DNA of 32,000 nt, from assembly GCF_003966335.1 (NCBI RefSeq), contig NZ_CP034549.1, positions 2,640,001 through 2,672,000 on the forward strand, written 5' to 3'. Below the pieces are notes generated by a model. That model saw only the letters and a list, made by a program, of their open reading frames with translations, had not been told where the DNA came from and did no database searches. The DNA is from Nonlabens ponticola (GTDB taxonomy: Bacteria; Bacteroidota; Bacteroidia; Flavobacteriales; Flavobacteriaceae). Position numbers and translations under genes: made by a program. Positions 24,039 through 31,173 of the stretch are shown here, one piece after another (within the stretch, counting starts at the first letter, position 1; each line of letters begins with the position of its first letter).

Positions 24039-25165
24039 AAAGCTGTCATTTTTTCCAGTTCGTGTACTCTAGCAGGATCTGGATGGATTTGAAGCACACG
24101 CTTGTTTAAAAAATAGAAACATGCAGTCGTTGCGATACACTGATATTGAAGCCTTGCCTCCATCTCCGCATCAGACTGGCGAGTAATTTGTTGATCCTGA
24201 AGCAAGTTCCAATACACAAGCTTTAAAGACCGTGATCGGGAGAACAACTGTGATACGGCAGATTGAAAATCTGCAGGACTTACGTATTCAAAAATGTTTG
24301 ATAGTGAGGCTTTGGTAACTTCTTGCCCTGGCGCAGAATTCAAGTAATGCATTGCTTCATCCTTAACCACAGTGACTTTATGAACTTGTCTGGCAATGGT
24401 ATCAAAATTTTGTTCCTGATAACATGCTGGCCATAAATGAGGATCGATATTCTCGCAACCGTACATGAAGAACCTTGAATAAAAGTTATGGTTCAGTAAT
24501 TCAACTTTTGAATGTTCTAGTAATCGCTCATAAAACACTTCTCCTGTCGATTGACTCGTATAAGTGAAGAGCTTTGGGTCACGTCCTTGTGACAAATTGT
24601 TCTTATTAAAATAGCTGATGAATAATTCCTTGAATGCAGAATTGTCCAGTTCATCAATAAAAAAATCGGCTTGTTGTGATAATTCTTCAAATTTGAACAA
24701 CTTATCTACTTTAGGCTTTAGATCAACTGGTAGTGATTCATAGAATCCGTGTATATATCTTTCCAGCCTACCCGATTCCATCACCTTATCACCTGTGGTT
24801 TTGAAAAACGCCTTTGTCCATTCTAGCAAGTCCTTATCCATAGTCGCTGACAGGATTTGTATCACTTGCTCTTGCGATATTTTATTAGACAAACCCAAGA
24901 AAGAAGTCAATAATTCGTGATTGTGGTACTGGTATATGTGCAACTTAACCCTTAGTAATTGATTTTGATGCTCATTGACATCAACCGCAGTTACACTTTG
25001 TGGCTCGTCCAGCAAAGCATTAAGTGCATTACATCCAGCCGATGTAATGACCAGCACGTGATCCTGTGTATTGATGTCAAGTGCACGCCGCATGTTATCG
25101 CCACTTTCCCATATCATGGAATAACGCAATTGATCTAGATCTATATTAGAAAAAGCTGACTTCAT
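24035..25165 (-). CDS. BtaA-like / DUF3419-family protein (putative S-adenosylmethionine 3-amino-3-carboxypropyl transferase)
   Basis: 376 aa. The N-terminal LRYSMIWESGDNMRRALDINTQDHVLVITSAGCNALNALLDEPQSVTAVDVNEHQNQLLRVKL matches the pattern I remember for BtaA/DUF3419 (WED...D.VL.I.SAGCNAL...L...P..V.AVD.N..Q..LL.LK). It has 4-nt overlaps with both neighbours. Confidence 0.65.
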   Translation of the reverse strand: MKSAFSNIDLDQLRYSMIWESGDNMRRALDINTQDHVLVITSAGCNALNALLDEPQSVTAVDVNEHQNQLLRVKLHIYQYHNHELLTSFLGLSNKISQEQVIQILSATMDKDLLEWTKAFFKTTGDKVMESGRLERYIHGFYESLPVDLKPKVDKLFKFEELSQQADFFIDELDNSAFKELFISYFNKNNLSQGRDPKLFTYTSQSTGEVFYERLLEHSKVELLNHNFYSRFFMYGCENIDPHLWPACYQEQNFDTIARQVHKVTVVKDEAMHYLNSAPGQEVTKASLSNIFEYVSPADFQSAVSQLFSRSRSLKLVYWNLLQDQQITRQSDAEMEARLQYQCIATTACFYFLNKRVLQIHPDPARVHELEKMTAF

Positions 25166-26562
25166 AAGTCATTATAACGAATTTTGGACAAATGTCTTGC
25201 ATCTACTGGCAGAAATGGATGTTTCTCGACGAGAATCGACTGTATATCGATAATTTTTGTCAAGCAATCAATTACTCGATTACTAGATGCAAATCCAGAG
25301 AAATGGATGCTTGCCTTATTGGGATAAATGATTACTCCAACTTGCGATATTTCTAGCTTGGATAATAAATAATGCTCTATTTGATATGCATAATATCCAC
25401 CGTAGGTCATGGCATTATCCTTGCGCGCAACTAGATATAGCTCGTTATTTAAAAGATATCCGTAGTCACCGGTGTGATAAGACGACTTACTAATCACATG
25501 TTTCCCAGAGACCACGATCTCTCCTATAATGTCGCCATCACCGTTTTTCACCGCGTCATCCTCAATAATTTCAAGCTCGATATCTGGATGAATGGTTCCT
25601 ACACAGTAGCCTAAAAGTGGATCAAGCGATGCATTGTATTCTTTTACTGCTATGGGCTCTGCCTCGGTAGATCCGTAGATGACGTACAATTGAGCGTATT
25701 GAAATGCAATTGATACTCTATCCAGTAATTTGTTAGGGACTGGAGAACCGCCTATACCAATCATTCTTACAGTAGAAACATCAAACTCTCCATCGCTGGA
25801 TTTTTCTATACAATCCAACAGATGTGTAAAATAAAACACATTACCCGTCAATCTAGTCACGCCATGTCGCATGATTTGCTTGAGAATCCTCTCTGGCTCA
25901 AGGTTCTCTAGTTTCCAATCAGGTATATCTGGTACGACCGTTGTCACTCCAGCATTGAGATTATGCAAAAGCAGGTTAGGAAAAAGAGGTAAATCGATCT
26001 CGTCGTCTTGAGGATAAAATATCTTTAGAATAGCCTCGTGCTGGTTGATAAGATCTTGGTGGGTACGCTGGATAGGCTTACTCACATCAGTACTGCCAGA
26101 CGTATGCGATATGAGAGCTAATGTATCACCATCCAGAACCTTAAGTTTAAAAAATCTATTTTTTGAAAGAGCTATTCCTTGCAGCATTTGAATACCTAGA
26201 CTATTACAAAGTACCCTAATGAGAAAATTGTTAGAATCAAGTATCAAATATCTGATTTTGTGATTCCAAATAAATGATAGCAAATGCCACTTAGAACTTT
26301 GACGAGGTAAACTCGTGAGTGCGACACCTTGATGCAAACTCGCTAGGATAACATGCAAATTTTTATTTGAAATACTAGACATTGGCAGTGCGAGCGAATT
26401 TTTCACGGTACCCAGTGAATTAAAGTAACTCTCAAAAGAAATAACTCTATCAGCCAATTGCCCGTATGTCAATTCTAGAATAGCTGGATTTGGCCAGATA
26501 ATCGCCGTCTTTTGAGCATGCTTTACAGCTAGGTCAAAGAAAGTAGCAAGGAGGTTGGGCAT
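25162..26562 (-). CDS. Adenylate-forming enzyme (ANL superfamily: acyl/aryl-CoA ligase or stand-alone adenylation enzyme), short form
   Basis: 466 aa. Motifs are ISHTSGSTDVSKP (variant of TSGSTGxPK), YGSTE, GEIVVSG, YHTGDYGYL, VARKDN..YGGYYAYQIE and a C-terminal HLSKIRY lysine. Confidence 0.8.
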   Translation of the reverse strand: MPNLLATFFDLAVKHAQKTAIIWPNPAILELTYGQLADRVISFESYFNSLGTVKNSLALPMSSISNKNLHVILASLHQGVALTSLPRQSSKWHLLSFIWNHKIRYLILDSNNFLIRVLCNSLGIQMLQGIALSKNRFFKLKVLDGDTLALISHTSGSTDVSKPIQRTHQDLINQHEAILKIFYPQDDEIDLPLFPNLLLHNLNAGVTTVVPDIPDWKLENLEPERILKQIMRHGVTRLTGNVFYFTHLLDCIEKSSDGEFDVSTVRMIGIGGSPVPNKLLDRVSIAFQYAQLYVIYGSTEAEPIAVKEYNASLDPLLGYCVGTIHPDIELEIIEDDAVKNGDGDIIGEIVVSGKHVISKSSYHTGDYGYLLNNELYLVARKDNAMTYGGYYAYQIEHYLLSKLEISQVGVIIYPNKASIHFSGFASSNRVIDCLTKIIDIQSILVEKHPFLPVDARHLSKIRYNDL

Positions 26563-26754
26563 AGGTATTTAAAAGTAGTGCGTTCAATGTACAATTTATT
26601 TAATGGCCGTCATTGTAAGATGAGATCGAGCTAGGTTACAAATCGACAATAAGGATCGATGTTACTATCATTAATTTAGAAATTGGTGCCTGTCAATGAT
26701 CTCAATCCGTTTCATAGCCACGCAATTTCCTTGTTCATTAGTAAGTTTTCAGTA

Positions 26755-26770
26755 CGCTTTCGCGAAAGCG
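26755..26770. repeat. 16-bp perfect palindrome CGCTTTCGCGAAAGCG
   Basis: Read directly. It lies in the divergent region, 193 nt upstream of the adenylating-enzyme start (26562) and 179 nt upstream of the HAD ATG (26949). Confidence 0.9.
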
Positions 26771-26948
26771 AACTAACCAACATTACCCAAACAATAGTAA
26801 GTCGTTCGAATATTCTCCAGCTCCTAAAAAATGACCTCTTAATTAATTTTGTTTAAGATTCTAATTCCCAAAGAACATCACTGCATTAAACTTTAAACCG
26901 TAAACTAAAGCAATGAACAACTAGCTACCTTTGAGTCAAAATAGCCTA

Positions 26949-27572
26949 ATGCCCATAAAAAATATCATCTTCGATTTTGGAGATGTGTTTATTGATCTAG
27001 ACAAAACGTTTGTTTTTAAACAGATGCCAGTAGATGATCAGGAAGCTCGTGAACACTTACAACTAGTCAATGAGAAGTACGAAGTTGGTGCAATTACAAC
27101 CGTAGATTTTTTAGATGGTATTCAATCTATATATCCACAAGCGTCTCATGAGGAACTAAAGAACATCTGGAATAGAATGCTACTAGGGTATCCAGATTAT
27201 AGGCTTGAGTTTATTGAGAATCTTGCCACCACACATAAGTACAGATTGTTTTTACTGAGTAATACTAACGAGCTGCATATTGAGAATGTAGCGCAACAAA
27301 TGGGCGACAGCAAATACCGTAGGTTCAAATCGTGCTTTGAAAGGTTTTACTTATCGCATGAGATCGGCCTACGTAAACCTAATACTGACATTTTTGAATT
27401 TGTACTTCGTCAAAACAGGCTTTCTCCTGATGAAACCTTGTTCATTGACGATACCTTGGAGCATACCTTGACGGCAAAAAGTCTGGGCATTCATACTTGG
27501 CATTTGAAAGTTGATGAGGATGTGGTTGATCTTAAAAATCATATCGATACATATAATAATTTAACGCAATAA
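26949..27572 (+). CDS. HAD-superfamily phosphatase (subfamily IA, YihX-like)
   Basis: Motif I is IIFDFGDVFIDLD, motif II LLSNT, motif III GLRKP, motif IV FIDDTLEH. The ORF track begins at a TTG (26931). I prefer the ATG at 26949 (MPIKNIIFDFGDV) because HAD proteins start a few residues before motif I, and a TAccTTTG box (26926-26933) overlaps the TTG. Confidence 0.8.
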   Translation: MPIKNIIFDFGDVFIDLDKTFVFKQMPVDDQEAREHLQLVNEKYEVGAITTVDFLDGIQSIYPQASHEELKNIWNRMLLGYPDYRLEFIENLATTHKYRLFLLSNTNELHIENVAQQMGDSKYRRFKSCFERFYLSHEIGLRKPNTDIFEFVLRQNRLSPDETLFIDDTLEHTLTAKSLGIHTWHLKVDEDVVDLKNHIDTYNNLTQ

Positions 27573-27655
27573 CAACTAGATTGTTAGCCTGTACGATAGC
27601 CGTAATATCCTTTGCAGTGATGTGTAGACTTTAGGCATATAAGCTTTCTTGCCTG

Positions 27656-27692
27656 ACGAGCAGACAATCGCGGACCCGATTGGCTCGTTTTT
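27656..27692 (+). terminator. Candidate Rho-independent terminator downstream of the HAD gene
   Basis: The arm acgagc(aga)caatcg (27656-27670) pairs with cgattggctcgt (27677-27688) around the loop cggacc. That gives 12 bp with a 3-nt bulge, followed by a T-run up to 27692. Confidence 0.5.
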
Positions 27693-28084
27693 ATATTTGA
27701 CTAATAGACTAATAATGGATATTTGCCAGCCATCAACTCTTACAGGTCATAGACACTTGGATGGATATCATCAAAATCCATATCGTTATTTTCGATGTCA
27801 TCGATATTATTATCATCTTACTCTTCAATGACCTTATCTATGACATCAATTAATATATTACCCTCATCACCTAGCGGCTCAAATAATCTAAAATTCAAAC
27901 CGGCAGTTCCTGTCGTAGAATCATCAGCAGCACAGCAGTCTGGAATGACAAAATTTATATTTTCAATAGTTGGTTTTTTTTGGAGTTGTTAAGTCTTTCT
28001 TAAATACATGAATCTCAGACACTCAAATTTTGCAGTTGTTATTAGAATTTTACCTTAGTGCAAAACAGTAAAAAACAAGTTTTT

Positions 28085-28516
28085 ATGAGTACAGTACAAG
28101 CAAATGACACGGTAAAAGTTCATTATACAGGAAGACTGAAGAATGATGGTCGTGTTTTTGACTCTTCAGAAAAAAGAGAACCTTTGACAGCACAATTAGG
28201 TCAAGGACATTTGATCCCAGGATTTGAAAAGGGATTGATTGACATGAAAGTCAATGAGAAAAAAACCGTTGAAATTCCTATGGCAGAAGCTTATGGTGAT
28301 ATTAATAAAGAATTATTTCATGAGGTACAAAAAAGCATGTTACCGCAGGAAATCAAGCCTGAGATAGGTATGGCCCTCATGTCTAAAAACCCTGATGGGA
28401 CTGAGCATCAACTGCGAGTAGCAGATGTCAAAGAAGACCACATCATCGTGGACGCAAACCATCCACTGGCAGGACAAGACTTAGTCTTTGACCTAGAAGT
28501 AGTCCAAATCAATTAA
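28085..28516 (+). CDS. FKBP-type peptidyl-prolyl cis-trans isomerase with insert-in-flap domain (SlyD/SlpA-like)
   Basis: VKVHYTGRLKNDGRVFDSS...GQGHLIPGFEKGLIDMKVNEKKTVEIP...HPLAGQDLVFDLEVV. The ORF track starts at a GTG (28058). The ATG at 28085 (MSTVQANDTVKVHY) fits the family N-terminus better. Confidence 0.85.
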   Translation: MSTVQANDTVKVHYTGRLKNDGRVFDSSEKREPLTAQLGQGHLIPGFEKGLIDMKVNEKKTVEIPMAEAYGDINKELFHEVQKSMLPQEIKPEIGMALMSKNPDGTEHQLRVADVKEDHIIVDANHPLAGQDLVFDLEVVQIN

Positions 28517-28534
28517 TGATTAATTAAAATTGCT

Positions 28535-28571
28535 AAATGCCTTTTTGAATTTCTTCAAAAAGGCATTTTTT
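28535..28571. terminator. Strong hairpin terminator between convergent genes (15-bp perfect stem)
   Basis: aaatgcctttttgaa (28535-28549), loop tttc, ttcaaaaaggcattt (28554-28568), then T-run to 28571. It lies 19 nt after the FKBP stop. On the minus strand the trailing T-run is weaker (AGCAATTTTA). Confidence 0.8.
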
Positions 28572-28693
28572 ATACAGCAATTTCAAGTTTACAGATTTTG
28601 AAAGTCGCTTTGTGCTGCTCCTAGTGGACTGATTGATTCTATATCAATAACCATTTATCGCAGCTGGTCAACAACCCTAAACCATAAACTTTT

Positions 28694-29071
28694 TCAACAG
28701 GTCTTTTCCGCTAGAAGTCGCTGTACTTTGAAGACGTCAACAGCTTTAGAAAATTTCTTGCTTACGCTGGGCAGATTCTCACTGGATATCCAGATCTTAA
28801 GCTCTGCATCGCGGTCAAAAGTACCTGCTGTTTCTAATGAGAATCGTGATATGCTCTTGTAAGGCATGGATTTCATCTCGATCTTTTTACCCGTCAAGCC
28901 TTGCTTGTCAATCAATAACAAGCGTTTTGAAGTAAAAATAAACGTATCTCTAAACAGGATAAATCCCATCTCAATATTCTCACTATCAATAAGCAAGTGA
29001 CCGTATTCCTTTTGTAATTCATCAAGCGACACCTCGCCAGCGTTGCCCAACATTTTATCTAACAATCCCAT
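28694..29071 (-). CDS. Bacterial pleckstrin-homology (bPH, YokE-like) domain protein
   Basis: 125 aa. MGLLDKMLGNAGEVSLDELQKEYGHLL...FTSKRLLLIDKQGLTGKK...SIPYKSISRFSLETAG pattern is typical of bPH-domain proteins. Confidence 0.6.
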   Translation of the reverse strand: MGLLDKMLGNAGEVSLDELQKEYGHLLIDSENIEMGFILFRDTFIFTSKRLLLIDKQGLTGKKIEMKSMPYKSISRFSLETAGTFDRDAELKIWISSENLPSVSKKFSKAVDVFKVQRLLAEKTC

Positions 29072-29178
29072 AGTTTTAATTTTCCGATTTTAATAAGATA
29101 AGACTAATTCAAGAACTAAATCTAGACTTTATTCTACCATTATCCTTATTTATCTTGTTCATGGGTTAGTTGTAATTA

Positions 29179-29193
29179 CGCTTTCGCGAAAGC
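29179..29193. repeat. Palindrome copy CGCTTTCGCGAAAGC (14-bp core perfect)
   Basis: Read directly. It lies in the divergent region, 108 nt upstream of the bPH gene start (29071) and 99 nt upstream of the ffh start (29292). It shares the left flank attaCGCTTTCGCGAAAGC with the copy at 20052-20070. Confidence 0.9.
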
Positions 29194-29235
29194 AAAATTA
29201 CCACCATCACCACTGCATATTACCTGATTAAAACC

Positions 29236-29266
29236 TTGAACGCCAACTGTTGAAATTCTATCTTTG
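29236..29266 (+). promoter_or_regulatory. Candidate Bacteroidota-type promoter of ffh (-33 TTG at 29236-29238, -7 TATCTTTG at 29259-29266)
   Basis: The TAnnTTTG match lies 25 nt upstream of the ffh ATG, with a TTG 20 nt upstream of the box. Confidence 0.4.
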
Positions 29267-29291
29267 AAGCTTTCCAAAACAGTGTAGGAAT

Positions 29292-30620
29292 ATGTTTGAT
29301 AATTTAACGGATAAACTGGACAAAGCGATGCACGTCCTTAAGGGACATGGTAGCATCACAGAGGTCAATGTAGCAGACACGCTCAAAGAAATACGTCGTG
29401 CCCTTGTGGATGCCGATGTTAACTATAAAATCGCCAAGGAATTTACCAGAACGGCCAAAGAAAAGGCACTAGGTCAAGGCGTACTCACAACGCTCAAACC
29501 TGGTCAATTACTGACTAAGATCGTTAAAGATGAGTTAACTGAACTTATGGGCGGCAGCGTAGAAGGCATTAATTTATCAGGAAATCCATCGGTGATTCTT
29601 ATGTCTGGTTTGCAGGGATCTGGTAAGACTACCTTTTCTGGTAAACTAGCTAACTATCTCAAAACTAAAAAGAGCAAAAAGCCACTACTCGTTGCTTGTG
29701 ATATTTATCGTCCCGCGGCGATTGATCAGCTGCATGTAGTAGGTGAATCCATAGGTGTTGAGGTATTCTCAAATCGCGATGAGAAGAATCCCGTGAAAAT
29801 TTCTGAAGCAGCGATTGCTCATGCTAAGGCTAACGGATTTAATGCCGTCATTATTGATACCGCCGGTCGTCTAGCGATCGATGAACAAATGATGAACGAG
29901 ATTGCCGAGGTTCACGCAGCCGTTAAGCCTCAAGAAACGCTCTTTGTAGTGGATTCTATGACGGGTCAAGACGCTGTGAATACCGCTAAGGCCTTTAATG
30001 AGAAACTGAACTTTGATGGTGTAGTACTTACCAAATTGGATGGTGATACTCGCGGTGGTGCTGCTCTTTCTATAAAAAGTGTGGTTGACAAGCCTATTAA
30101 ATTTATAGGTACGGGTGAGAAAATGGAAGCCATTGATGTGTTCTACCCAGAACGTATGGCAGACCGTATCCTAGGAATGGGTGATGTTGTATCGTTAGTT
30201 GAAAGAGCTCAAGAACAATTTGACGAAGAAGAAGCCCGCAAGCTGAGTAAGAAAATCGCTAAAAATCAATTCGGTTTTGATGACTTCCTATCTCAAATCC
30301 AGCAGATCAAGAAAATGGGTAACATGAAAGATCTTATGGGTATGATTCCAGGTGCTGGCAAGATGCTCAAGGATGTGGATATCGACGATGATGCCTTTAA
30401 AGGTATTGAAGCCATCATACATTCCATGACCGTTGAAGAACGCACAAAGCCACAAGTGATTAATGGCTCTAGAAAAAAACGTATCGCAAAAGGTAGCGGT
30501 ACCAGCGTAACCGAAGTCAATCAACTGCTCAAACAATTTGACCAGATGAGCAAGATGATGAAGATGATGCAAGGCGGCAAAGGAAAGGCAATGATGCAAG
30601 CCATGAGTAAAATGAGGTAA
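29292..30620 (+). CDS. ffh: Signal recognition particle protein Ffh
   Basis: 442 aa. N domain, G domain (GLQGSGKTT, DTAGR, TKLDGD) and Met-rich M domain (MGNMKDLMGMIPG...MSKMMKMMQ). Confidence 0.95.
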   Translation: MFDNLTDKLDKAMHVLKGHGSITEVNVADTLKEIRRALVDADVNYKIAKEFTRTAKEKALGQGVLTTLKPGQLLTKIVKDELTELMGGSVEGINLSGNPSVILMSGLQGSGKTTFSGKLANYLKTKKSKKPLLVACDIYRPAAIDQLHVVGESIGVEVFSNRDEKNPVKISEAAIAHAKANGFNAVIIDTAGRLAIDEQMMNEIAEVHAAVKPQETLFVVDSMTGQDAVNTAKAFNEKLNFDGVVLTKLDGDTRGGAALSIKSVVDKPIKFIGTGEKMEAIDVFYPERMADRILGMGDVVSLVERAQEQFDEEEARKLSKKIAKNQFGFDDFLSQIQQIKKMGNMKDLMGMIPGAGKMLKDVDIDDDAFKGIEAIIHSMTVEERTKPQVINGSRKKRIAKGSGTSVTEVNQLLKQFDQMSKMMKMMQGGKGKAMMQAMSKMR

Positions 30621-30671
30621 AGCGTATTACTTAATTGCCGATTGGTAATTTTCAATTGCTACGCAATTTTG

Positions 30672-30681
30672 ATTGCCAATT
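30672..30681. repeat. Left arm of a 10-bp inverted repeat (attgccaatt) flanking the four-helix-bundle gene
   Basis: Its reverse complement, aattggcaat, occurs at 31164-31173. In addition, ttaattgcc (30631-30639) is the reverse complement of ggcaattaa (31168-31176). Both flanks are built of caattg / attgc / gcaat words. Confidence 0.5.
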
Positions 30682-30760
30682 GTTTATTTGTGATTGACTA
30701 TAACAACCAACAAAATGCTAACGTGATTTTTCATTTTTAACAATTGAAAACTCTATAACT

Positions 30761-31150
30761 ATGGCTCATTATAAATCCTTTGAAGAATTAGAAATTTGGC
30801 AGCGTGCAAGAATTATTTGTGACGATGTTTATAATCTTTACCTCGTCAGTGATTTGCAAAAAGATTATGGGCTTTGGAATCAGATTAATAAATCATCCGG
30901 CTCCATAATGGACAACATTGCAGAAGGTTTTGATAGAGATGGAAACCGAGAGTTTATCCAGTTTTTAAGTATTTCAAAAGCAAGTTGTGGTGAAGCAAAA
31001 TCACAACTATATCGATGTTTTGATAGAAAATATCTTGAGCCACAAGAGTTTGAAGATATTAAACGAAAGATGGAAGAATGTAAAGCACAAATTGCTGGCT
31101 TTATGAAATATCTCAAAAACAGTGATAGAAAGGGAAACAAATACGATTAG
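30761..31150 (+). CDS. Four-helix-bundle protein (23S rRNA intervening-sequence protein / Avd-like family)
   Basis: 129 aa. The N-terminus YKSFEELEIWQRARIICDDVYNL and the stretch QINKSSGSIMDNIAEGFDR...FIQFLSISKASCGEAKSQL match the family pattern. Confidence 0.8.
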   Translation: MAHYKSFEELEIWQRARIICDDVYNLYLVSDLQKDYGLWNQINKSSGSIMDNIAEGFDRDGNREFIQFLSISKASCGEAKSQLYRCFDRKYLEPQEFEDIKRKMEECKAQIAGFMKYLKNSDRKGNKYD

Positions 31151-31163
31151 CCAATTTCATTAA

Positions 31164-31173
31164 AATTGGCAAT
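31164..31173. repeat. Right arm of the inverted repeat (aattggcaat) flanking the four-helix-bundle gene
   Basis: See the left arm at 30672-30681. Confidence 0.5.

Noticed and set aside
27649-27992. Plus-strand ORFs 27649-27831 and 27795-27992
   Set aside because: The first starts at a non-ATG codon (TTG at 27649). The two ORFs overlap each other, and the first runs through the candidate terminator hairpin. The peptides are low complexity (His/Tyr/Arg-rich and Ser-rich), so they are treated as non-coding.
26931-28084. The TTG start (26931) for the HAD gene and the GTG start (28058) for the FKBP gene, as given by the ORF track
   Set aside because: Internal ATGs at 26949 and 28085 give N-termini typical of the families (motif I close to the N-terminus; MSTVQANDTVKVHYTG). 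The longer forms add non-conserved residues.
30288-30599. Minus-strand ORFs antisense to the ffh M-domain, 30880-31140 antisense to the four-helix-bundle gene, and 31677-31931 antisense to folD
   Set aside because: They are mirror frames of conserved genes, with His/Leu- or Ser/Phe-rich low-complexity peptides.
30761-31150. Four-helix-bundle gene as the Avd component of a diversity-generating retroelement
   Set aside because: No reverse transcriptase ORF and no template/variable repeat pair lie anywhere in the window, and the neighbours are ffh and folD.
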